Of a stretch of DNA of 64,000 bases, positions 49,082 through 58,200 are shown piece by piece. How positions within the stretch are numbered: the stretch's first letter is position 1; each line of letters opens with the position of its first letter. The stretch is from an uncultured delta proteobacterium. GTDB lineage: Bacteria; Desulfobacterota; Syntrophorhabdia; Syntrophorhabdales; WCHB1-27. The stretch lies in NCBI GenBank assembly GCA_963810935.1, contig CAWEPK010000008.1, positions 128,001-192,000 on the forward strand, in the 5' to 3' direction. Both the position numbers and the translations under genes were made by a program. The notes under the pieces are model-generated. The model did not search any database. It was not told the origin of the DNA and saw only the letters and a program-made list of their open reading frames with translations.

Positions 49082-49770
49082 GGCGTGCCTCCGAGCGTCC
49101 AGCCTGCCCCTATGCCTGCCCCTATCGGTATGTTCCTCCTCAGGTAGAGGTCTACGAACTTGTTGACCTCGGCGACGCCGGACCGCGGTACGTAGACGAT
49201 GTCGAAGGGGGCGAGCAGGATATCCTGGGATGGGTCTTCGTTCTTCAGTACGTCTTCCATGTTGACCTTCAGGGGGACGGGCTTGCCGGCCACCTGCCTT
49301 ACTATGATGACGTCCGTCCTCCTGGCGGTATCCCTGAACCCGCCTGCCGCCGCTATGGCCTGATGGACGGTCACAGGGCCTGCCAGGGGCAGCATGCCGG
49401 GACGGAAGACCTCTCCGTCCACGTAGACCCGCTGCATGGAGAAGGAGCGGACGATGACGCTCACCTCGGGTTTGTTGATCTCCTTCGAGTAGCGGGAGGC
49501 GAGGGACTTACGCAGCTCCTCCGGGGTCAGGCCTGCGGCCATTACCTCGTTTGCGAGCTGTAAGGAGATCCTCCCGTCCGGGCGGACCATGATCGTCTCG
49601 TTAAGCTCCGGGTTGTAGAAGAACTTGACGTCCAGGATGTCCCCGGGGTTTAGCCTGTACTCGGGCTGGACGGTCCTTGCAGGCAGGCCCATGCTGGCGA
49701 CGCTCGGGGCCTGCGGGGCCGCGCAGGCGGCCAGGCATAGAAAGATAAAGAGCAAGACGCCTATCTTCAT
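49078..49770 (-). CDS. wza: Polysaccharide export lipoprotein (Wza/OPX)
   Basis: Lipobox LAAC, YRLNPGD, VRPDGRISL, GEV.RPG, AAGGF, D.VYVP. Confidence 0.9.
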   Translation of the reverse strand: MKIGVLLFIFLCLAACAAPQAPSVASMGLPARTVQPEYRLNPGDILDVKFFYNPELNETIMVRPDGRISLQLANEVMAAGLTPEELRKSLASRYSKEINKPEVSVIVRSFSMQRVYVDGEVFRPGMLPLAGPVTVHQAIAAAGGFRDTARRTDVIIVRQVAGKPVPLKVNMEDVLKNEDPSQDILLAPFDIVYVPRSGVAEVNKFVDLYLRRNIPIGAGIGAGWTLGGTP

Positions 49771-50120
49771 TGTCCCCTCCCTTGACGCATTTGTTTATCT
49801 GCCCCTTGCTGGTACTTGGGCGGTTGCCCCTAACAACCGCGTTTGCCTTGCTGACCTTGCTATACGGAAGCGGGAGATCGAAAAGAACTCCTTTTCCGCC
49901 CTTAAGATGGGCTTCCGCCGTAAGCCCGTCCGGTGAGGCAAGGTGGATAAGAGAATGGATAGTCTTCGGATAACGCCCGACTAAGGGACACGAAAGAACC
50001 TTACATAAACTAATCTGGGAACGGGGAGGGGGATTGTCAACTAGCATAGGGGAAGATTTTCCAGGTAAACCGGGCCTCGGCCCTTCGCGCGTCTCTTTTT
50101 TTGGGGCCTCCGAACCGCTC

Positions 50121-50148
50121 TTGACAGCAATCGAAGCATACTTATATT
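50121..50148 (+). promoter_or_regulatory. Sigma70/RpoS-type promoter for the BON gene
   Basis: TTGACA-N16-TATATT. Confidence 0.5.
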
Positions 50149-50234
50149 GACACCATGTGCAGGGCGCAGAAAAACCGCAGCAAGGCAGACATGGTCGGAG
50201 TTCAACACCTAAAACACTCAGGAGGCACACAGTC

Positions 50235-50684
50235 ATGAAGAAGGCGTTTCTTTTATTTGCCGTGCTGGCGTTTGTATCGATCGCTTTCGCCGGGTGCAGC
50301 CATTTCACCGGCAAGACCGCGGGCCAGTCGCTCGACGACACTGTCATCACCGGCGATATTAAGGGCAAGATCGTGAAAGACCCCGAGCTTAAGACGTTCG
50401 CCATCGACGTAAGCTCTTACCAGGGGAACGTCACGCTGAGCGGCATGGTGCCCAGCAGGTCTGCCGAGCAGCGCGTCATCCAGTACGCACAGGATACGAA
50501 GGGCGTGAAATCGGTAAGGACCAACCTGCGGATGGCGGGGGCTGCGCCCGCAACTGCCGGGACCAAGACGGGCAGCGGCGCGACGATGTCATCCCAGAGT
50601 GCACCCGCTCAGGGAGCAAGTGAAAGCTCGATGCGCACTCAGGAAAAGACTACGACAACCGAGACCACGACCACGAACAAGTAG
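50235..50684 (+). CDS. BON-domain lipoprotein (OsmY-like) with a Thr/Ser-rich tail
   Basis: AGGAGG RBS, lipobox FAGC, DDTVITGDIKGK, GNVTLSG, GVKSVRTNL. Confidence 0.9.
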   Translation: MKKAFLLFAVLAFVSIAFAGCSHFTGKTAGQSLDDTVITGDIKGKIVKDPELKTFAIDVSSYQGNVTLSGMVPSRSAEQRVIQYAQDTKGVKSVRTNLRMAGAAPATAGTKTGSGATMSSQSAPAQGASESSMRTQEKTTTTETTTTNK

Positions 50685-50746
50685 GAGAAAGCTCGGAAGC
50701 GAGGGCGGGGAAAGGGTTTTCCGGCACGTGAGGAGGTGCGTGAATT

Positions 50747-50911
50747 ATGCTGACATGGGCGATTATTTTCCTGATCATTGCGATAATAGCGGGCATCCTC
50801 GGGTTTGGCGGCATCGCCGGGACAGCCGCAGGCATCGCCAAGGTGCTTTTCATCATCTTCCTCGTCCTCTTCGTCATCTCCCTTATCTTCGGGAGGCGGA
50901 GAACGATCTGA
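50747..50911 (+). CDS. Second DUF1328 (YtjA) protein (54 aa, not in ORF track)
   Basis: [64 protein letters not shown]. Confidence 0.92.
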   Translation: MLTWAIIFLIIAIIAGILGFGGIAGTAAGIAKVLFIIFLVLFVISLIFGRRRTI

Positions 50912-50986
50912 CGGGCAGTCCGCCGGCACGATCTCGCCGTGCCACCCGGCTCCCTTTTTGCGGGGCAGGTTAATAGCGGGACGCGC

Positions 50987-51635
50987 CTACTCGCTCCAGC
51001 CGTGCGCGCCGATCAGCTTGACGAACCTGCAACCGCCGTAGTTCTCCTCGCGGTAGCGGTCCTCACCTTCCTTGATATAAACCATCAGCTCCTGCATGTT
51101 CTCGTCGCCTATAGGCATGACGAGGCGGCCTCCTGAGGCGAGTTGCTTCAAAAGCGGGTCGGGGGCGTCGGGGGCAGCCGCAGTCACGATTATAGCGTCG
51201 AAAGGCGCCTCGTCCCGCCATCCCTCCGTGCCGTCGCCGACGCGCACGACCACGTTCGGATATTTGAGCCTGATCGAGCACCTTCCGAGCCCTTTTCGCA
51301 AGGGCCGGAATGCGCTCGATCGTAAAGACCATGTCCGCCAGCTCGGCAAGTATGGCCGCCTGGTATCCCGAGCCCGTTCCTACCTCAAGCACGCTTTCGC
51401 TCCCCGTAAGCTGGAGCGATTCCGTCATTATTGCGACCATATACGGCTGGGATATCGTCTGCTTCTCGCCTATCGGCAGAGGGTAATCGCTATAGCCCTG
51501 AGGCCGAAGCGCCTCATCGAGGAACAGGTGGCGGGGGACCTTCCTGAAAGCGTCGAGCACCCTCTGGTCTTTTATCCCGCGCTGAATGAGCAGTTGTACC
51601 ATCTGCTGTCGCTGGCTGAGGTATTCGTTGTCCAT
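50987..51635 (-). CDS. pcm: Protein-L-isoaspartate O-methyltransferase; +1 insertion near 51272
   Basis: [24 protein letters not shown] | [22 protein letters not shown]. Confidence 0.93.
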
Positions 51636-52437
51636 ATACCTGGAGAGCCTCCTTCGCGCGGGTCTGAGCAGCCTCCAGCGCCCTCACCACCGTGCCCCTG
51701 AATCCTTTTTCATCGAGCACGACCAGCCCCGCCGCGGTAGTGCCGCCTGGCGACGTGACCCTCTCCCTTAAGACGGCCGGGTGTGTCCCCTCCTTCTCCA
51801 GCATGGCGACCGTCCCCTTGATCGTCTGGAACGCGAGCGCATACGCCTTATCCCTCGGAAGCCCCATGCGCACTCCGCCGTCCACAACGGCTTCGAGGAA
51901 GGCGAGGAAGAAAGCGGGGCCGCTGCCGCTGAGGGCAGTAACTGCATCCATCTGCTCTTCCGTGACCTCCACGACGAGTCCGAGAGGCGTAAGCAGGCTG
52001 GCGACGCCCTCCAGTTCGTCGCGGGAAAGCAGGTAATTCGCCGCCATTCCAAGCGCGCCCTGGCGGACCGCAACAGCGATGTTCGGCATGACCCTGACGA
52101 TCTTTGCGGGCTTGTCCAGCATCGACGCTATGCTCGACGTGGTGATCCCGGCCATGATCGAGATAATAATGCGCGACTTGCCGAGCCCCGGCGCAATGGC
52201 GCTTATCGCAGTCTTCGCGTCCTGCGGCTTCACACCGATTATGATATAGTCGCTGCGCGCCGCCGCGTCAGCCGGGTCCTTCGCAGCCGTTATCTTCAGG
52301 GCGTCGACTACGGCCTTCATCCGCTCCGGCTTTATATCGTAAGCGATAATATTCTGCTTGCTCGCGCCCGCTGCAATCAAGGCGCGCGCTATCGCCTCCC
52401 CCATGTTCCCCAAGCCTATTATTGCAACCTTCTTCAT
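51634..52437 (-). CDS. proC: Pyrroline-5-carboxylate reductase; stop region frameshifted as assembled
   Basis: [30 protein letters not shown]. Confidence 0.93.
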
Positions 52438-52577
52438 TCGGTCCCCCTCAAGCAGCTCTTTGGTCTCCGAGTCCGGACACCCTCCGCCAGGGCCGGCGGC
52501 CTTGAATGTGGCCGCGCCCTCATTCTTATAACAGATAGACCCTATATTTTAAAGCAGAATCATTACGGCGGGCGCTT

Positions 52578-53258
52578 CTATCCGATTATGTGAAGTTTTT
52601 TCTTCTGTGCCCGCGCCCTGAGGAGTATCGTGGTGGCCCCCGGCCCGCCGGCCCTCATGCCCGAGCTTGCGAAGGCGACCACCCATTTGCGGTGAATGGC
52701 CCGGACGAGCCACTCTTTAAGCTTTTCTTTAAGAACCGGGCCGCGCCGCGACTTCAGCCCCCTGCCGTGAATGACTGTGACACACCGGAGCCCCGACTGC
52801 ACGGCCCCCTCGAGGAAGCTGTGAAACTCCTCGGACGCATCGGCCGAGTTGAAGCCGTGAAGGTCGAGAGTCTTCTGTACGGAGAAGGCGCCGCCGCGCA
52901 GCTTCTCCAAAACCAGCGGGCTAGTGCCTTCCATATAGCCCTCCATGTACTCGGGCAGGTTGACCACATTGAGAGGAAACGCCTCGCTGAGGACCTCATC
53001 CATGGTCGGTCCCCCGGCAGGGCGTGCCGGCGCATCATCCTTTTTCGGGCGCGCCACCCTCTTCTGCCTGGGCTCTACCTTCTTGACACCCTTCATTGCC
53101 TCGACGAAAGCAACCCCGTCGTCAGGCAGCTCGGGCGGTGGCGGCGCCGGATCGGATGCAGGAGGAACCACTTCCGCTTCCTGAACCTGCGGCCGCTCCT
53201 TCTTCATGAAGTTGGCAAGGTCATTAAAGACGTGATATATCGACTCCTTATCCTTCAT
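52578..53258 (-). CDS. Smr/MutS2 C-terminal domain protein
   Basis: LDLHG, VIHGRGLKS, GGPGATTILL. Confidence 0.9.
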   Translation of the reverse strand: MKDKESIYHVFNDLANFMKKERPQVQEAEVVPPASDPAPPPPELPDDGVAFVEAMKGVKKVEPRQKRVARPKKDDAPARPAGGPTMDEVLSEAFPLNVVNLPEYMEGYMEGTSPLVLEKLRGGAFSVQKTLDLHGFNSADASEEFHSFLEGAVQSGLRCVTVIHGRGLKSRRGPVLKEKLKEWLVRAIHRKWVVAFASSGMRAGGPGATTILLRARAQKKKLHIIG

Positions 53259-53380
53259 ACCGGGTGCTAATAATAAAACCCAACAAGCCGCCCCAGTTCA
53301 AGGGGGGGGTGGGCCGGGGCCGCCCTTGCCGGACCGGCACGCAAATTCGGGCGAGACGGGCGCGAAATGCGCCATCCTTC

Positions 53381-53409
53381 TTGACAAAAGATCGTATTAG
53401 GGCCATAAT
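53381..53409 (+). promoter_or_regulatory. Near-consensus sigma70 promoter
   Basis: TTGACA-N17-CATAAT. Confidence 0.7.
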
Positions 53410-53504
53410 CCAGGTATTCCGGAAGCGCGTGGCGCCCTGCCGCCTTCCCGGAACTTTGGGGGACCGGCAGTTATCCGGCGGGGCTTAAAAAGGGAGGAGA
53501 ATGC

Positions 53505-53708
53505 ATGGCAAAACGAAGCCAACACAGCTTCTTAAAACGCCAGAAAGAAATGAAACGTAAAGACAAGGCCGCAGAGAAAATGGCACTCAGGCACGGAAAG
53601 GTCGTGCGTGGCAAGGGCGGCGGCGGGGAAGAACAGCAGGAACAGGAAGGGCAGCAGGCGCAGGAGGGACAGCCCGAAGCCGCAAAGGAGGAGCACGCGG
53701 ACGCCTGA
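53505..53708 (+). CDS. Small protein with a basic N-terminus and acidic tail (67 aa)
   Basis: GGGAGGAG RBS, own promoter; MAKRSQHSFLKRQKEMKRKDKAAEK. Confidence 0.7.
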   Translation: MAKRSQHSFLKRQKEMKRKDKAAEKMALRHGKVVRGKGGGGEEQQEQEGQQAQEGQPEAAKEEHADA

Positions 53709-53720
53709 GATGTTCGTCCG

Positions 53721-55025
53721 TCAGGCCTTGGCCCGGCCTGCCGCTTTTTCTATCTTTATCTTCGTGATCCTTCTTCCACTGATACCGACCACCGTCAGAT
53801 TGTAGCTTCCGACACGGACTATCTCACCTCCCCTGGCGATACCCTGGATGTTCGACAGGATAAAACCCCCGATCGTCTCGTAGTCGGGAGATTCGGGAAG
53901 GTCCAGGTTCAGCGCATTGTTGAGGTCCCGGACGGAGTATGAGCCGTCTACCGTAGTCGACCCATCCTTGTTTCTTTCGAGCCGTATCTCCTCATCCGTC
54001 TCATCCATGATCTCTCCGAAAACCTCTTCCATGATATCTTCGAGGGTCACGATTCCGACTGTAGTCCCGTATTCGTCCACAACGATTGCGAGCTGCACGT
54101 GCCGTTTTTGCATGTCCTTGAAAAGCGTGCTGATTTTGATTGTATCGGGGACGAAATAAGGCTTTTTCAGTATCTTTTCCAGCTCGAGGGGCTTACCGAC
54201 CCATAGCGTTCTCATGACGTCCTTCTGGTGGACGATGCCCAGTATCCTGTCGATGTGGTCCCGGTAGACCGGGTACCTGGAAAATTGGTTCTCGACTATG
54301 TACCGCACGTTCTCGTCCTGCGTCTTCTCGATATCGACGGCATAGACGTTCGGACGCGGCACCATGATCTCTTTTGCCGAGCGGTCCGCAAACTCGAAGA
54401 CGCTGTGGATCATCTCCTCTTCGGTCCGGTCGAAAACCCCCTGGAGCCTGCCTTCCTCCAGCAGCACCTTGATCTCTTCCTCGCCGATTACCTCGTCAAT
54501 CTTCTTGAGGCCCAAAAGCCGCGTGAGCGCTCCCGCCGACACATTGAGTACCCATACAGGGCCTGCAAGGATTTTCGATAATAGCTCGAACAGAGGCAGG
54601 ATGCGCATCGCGGCCCGCTCCCGGTAATTGATGCCTATATATTTCGGCAGCAACTCTCCGGCCACGATGGTAACGTAGGTAAGCGGTATGACAACGACGA
54701 GAAGGGGGACTGTCTCCGATGCCTCTGCGAGGTAAGGAATGCCCGTGACAACGGGACGTACGTACGTCACCGCGATAATGCCGCCGATCCCGGCCGCCAG
54801 CGTGCCGACAAGGGTGATCCCGATCTGGACGAGCGAAAGGAAGTTCTCCGGCTTTTCACGCATCCGGAGGAGGGTTTCCGCCTTCTTCTCTTTGCCCTCC
54901 TTGACCATTTCCTTGATCTTGCTCTTTCTGGCGGAGATTATGGCGAATTCGCCGAGGGAGAAGAGCCCGTTCAGCACTATAAGTGCGATGATGATCGATA
55001 TCGACCAGAATAGATTACCAAGCAA
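53721..55025 (-). CDS. CNNM/HlyC-CorC family protein (DUF21 + CBS pair + CorC)
   Basis: NGLFSLGEFAIIS, QIGIT, GELLPK, SRYPVY, VDEYG, LEDIMEEVFGEI. Confidence 0.93.
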   Translation of the reverse strand: MLGNLFWSISIIIALIVLNGLFSLGEFAIISARKSKIKEMVKEGKEKKAETLLRMREKPENFLSLVQIGITLVGTLAAGIGGIIAVTYVRPVVTGIPYLAEASETVPLLVVVIPLTYVTIVAGELLPKYIGINYRERAAMRILPLFELLSKILAGPVWVLNVSAGALTRLLGLKKIDEVIGEEEIKVLLEEGRLQGVFDRTEEEMIHSVFEFADRSAKEIMVPRPNVYAVDIEKTQDENVRYIVENQFSRYPVYRDHIDRILGIVHQKDVMRTLWVGKPLELEKILKKPYFVPDTIKISTLFKDMQKRHVQLAIVVDEYGTTVGIVTLEDIMEEVFGEIMDETDEEIRLERNKDGSTTVDGSYSVRDLNNALNLDLPESPDYETIGGFILSNIQGIARGGEIVRVGSYNLTVVGISGRRITKIKIEKAAGRAKA

Positions 55026-55287
55026 GAGACTTTTAGCTCCGTAAATATTTTAACATTTTTTTCGGGCCCGTGCAGGGATACCAGCAGTGAAGAGCGTATG
55101 GTAACGTGGAGATATCACTCGCAACAGGGAGGTAAGTAATGAATAGAGTAAAGACCTTCATGGGCCGGGAGATTTTGGTGGAATTCGCGTTGCTTTTCGA
55201 AGGCGCGCGGCGCAGCGTACGTAGTCGGTACGTGAGCACGCCGCGCCGAGGAAACGGCGCGAAGGCCGCCAAAAGGTCCCGGCCCCA

Positions 55288-58200
55288 CTACTTTCTGGAG
55301 TATTCGGTTACCTGGTGCATAAACGCTTCAAGCCGGGTCGTAATATTCGATTCGCCCTGGCCGTCGTAGGCCACGTTAATGACCGGCACGTCGTACTTAT
55401 TCTGGATCAGCTTCAGGATCGCGCTGGAGACCGTCCCCGGCATACAGGTGAAGGGCATCGCGTTGATCAGGCCGCTGGCCCCCCTGGCGATGAACTCAAT
55501 GCTCTTGCCGATGCTCAGTATGGCCTCTCCTTCGAAGCTCTCGTCTATATATGGCATCGCCTGATTCAGGACGTGCGCAATCTTCGGCTCCCTGCCCTGT
55601 CTCAGGTAGCGCTCGAATATCCTCTCCATCCGGTGCTCGTCTTTCTTCTGGATGTATTCGGCCAGCGCAATGTGGACGAAATTCGACAGGCCCCTGCGGT
55701 GCTGGCTCTTCTTCTTGCCCATGTAATTGACGTATGTGATCCATTCGGAGATGGGCGCAAGCCACGTCTCGCCTCCGAATTCTTCGACCTTCCGGACGAG
55801 GTCGTTGTTGCTGAACCTGTTAGAGCGTATGTAGATCTCGCCGACGATCCCCACGACCGGCTTCTCCGCGCCTGTCTTTCCGACGGCGAGGAAGGCATCC
55901 GCCGCATCCTCCAGCGCCCCGTACACCGCGTCCCCGCCCGCCTCTATGGCCTGTTCGACGCCGCGCAGCGCACCCGCGTAGACACGATCGGTCTCCCCCT
56001 TTAGCGACTCGTAAGGACGCGTCTGGTGCATCATCTTGACGAGGAAATCCGTAGCGAGTATGGCCCTCCAGCCGAGCCGCGAGAACCTGCCGCCCATGAT
56101 GTCCAGCTCCTGGTAGAGCCGGTCGTCCTGGTTTGGCGAATAGATGGGCACATTATCGAAGCCGTGCTCGGAGAGCACCATCCGATGGAACCGGTGATAC
56201 TGGCCGAAGCGGCACGGGCCGCTGCCGGACGGCATGAAAAAGGCGCTCCTGTCCGGGTCGAAATCGGGCCTCTTGCTTGTTTTGAGCATGTCGCCCGTCG
56301 TGAGGATACACGGGAAGCACTCCTTACCGAGCGTAAACTTGCGGCCGATCCGCACGGTCTCTTCGTCGGACTCGCCCATCACCTCGGCATCGACTCCGCA
56401 GGCCCGGAACGCCCCGGCGAAGGGAATGGAATGGTCCGACATGAAAGGGATGTATATCTTCCGGCGGCCGTCCCCCTTGAATGAAGAGACGGAATGCTTC
56501 TCCGGCTTGAGGTCGACCCTCGCGTTCTTGATGCTGTCGAGGAACGCCTCGAGGCGCGTGATTATGCCCGCGTCGCCGCTGTGCTCGTCGATTTCCAGTT
56601 GAAGGAATGGCTTGCCCTCCATGACCTTCTTGAAGAAATGGGTGATGAAGGAGTCGGGTCCGCACCCGAAGTTGGTGATATATATCGCGTAAAGGTTGGG
56701 GTTCGACCTGATGATCTTGGCTGCCCTCAGGATCTTCTGTCCGTAACCCCAGTACATGTCCTTCAGGTCTTCGTCCTCCTCCACCACGTCTAGGGGAAGC
56801 ATGTCGATGGGGATGGAGGCTACGCCCAGGTCGGAAAGCTTCTTGTGCACGTTCAGGCTGGCGCCCGGGTCCATGCTGTTGTACGGCCTGCCGACGAGTA
56901 CCATCACCTTCTCGCCCGGCTTTAAGGAAGCGAGAAAATCGGACCCCTCGTCGAGGCATGTCCGGTAAAAACGGTCCTGCACTTCGTTGGCCACCGAAAA
57001 CGCAGCCTCGACTGCCTTTTTCGATTTCCCCAGGGTCTTCCCGAACACGGTCAGGTTGTCTAAGGCCACCTTCGGCCCCCTGCCGAAATAGACGACGGGG
57101 GAGTGCACCTTTACGCCAACGCTTTCAAAATCGATGGAGGCCCTGGAAGTGTACGGCAGGGACTGCGCGTAGGGGCACGCAAAACTGTTCAGCACCCCTT
57201 CCGACTGTTTCCTGAGGCTTATGATGCTCGGCATGAAGAGCCGCTTGATCCCCTTGTCCATCATGTTGAGTATATGGCCGTGCGCGAGCTTGATAGGGAA
57301 ACACGATTCGACGATGATGTTCTCGACGCCTTCTTTGATAATCTTCGTGTTCGTCGAATCCGAGAGAACAACCGAAAAACCTAGTTCCGTCAAAAAGCTG
57401 CGCCAGAAGGGAAGCAGCTCGTGCATATTGAGTATCTTGGGTATGCCGATGACTTCCCCGTCGACCGTCCCCTTGTACGTGTCGTGGAGCAGGTCTCCCC
57501 TGAGCTTGAAGAGGTCCTTCCCCGTGGCAAGCTTTGTCCGCCTCACCACGTCGTACTTCTCGCACCTGCTGCCGTAATAAAGCGGCGTCTCGCCCTCGCA
57601 CGTTACTTTTCTGATCTCGCAAAGGTTCTCGCATCCTTTGCACTCGAAGGTGTCGATGTCGTACCGCCTCTTGCTCAGGTCGAACCCCTTGAAGCCGCTT
57701 TTCTCCCAGGTCTTTTCCTTCATGGCGAGTATCGCCGCGCCTATGGCGCCGGTCACGTCATGGTGGGAGGGCACGGTGATGGGCTTGCCGCACACCTTCT
57801 CGAAGGCAGCAACTACGCCCTTGTTGAAAGCGGTACCTCCCTGGAAGAATATCTTTTTGCCGACGCGCCTGTCGCCTACGACCTTGTTGAGATAATTGAG
57901 CACTATCGAATAGCAAAGGCCGGCAACGATATCGTCCGTCTTCGACCCCGATTGCTGGTGGTGCATAACGTCCGACTCGATAAAGACGGTGCACCTCTCG
58001 CCCATCTTCGTCGGGCCCCTGGACTGGAAGGCAAGCGCGGAGAACTCGTCCTTTATCGAGATACCCAGCCTCTCCGCCTGCTCTTCAAGGAACGAGCCGG
58101 TGCCTGCCGCGCATGCCTTGTTCATCTCGAAATCGACGATCACGCCGTTGTCGATGCTGATATATTTGGAGTCCTGCCCGCCGATCTCAAAAATCGTATC

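Noticed and set aside
49101..49125. Tandem 12-bp repeat GCCTGCCCCTAT x2
   Set aside because: Simply encodes IGAGIGAG within wza
49800..49950. GGCAAAC followed by a hairpin upstream of wza (minus strand), suggestive of a c-di-GMP-I riboswitch
   Set aside because: No GNRA loop and no GGACGCAAAGC-type second element; no ops (GGCGGTAG) element either
51514..51660. ProC C-terminal extension or ProC-Pcm fusion
   Set aside because: Removing two inserted bases gives ...AKELSR-TAA overlapping the pcm ATG (TAATG), a normal coupling
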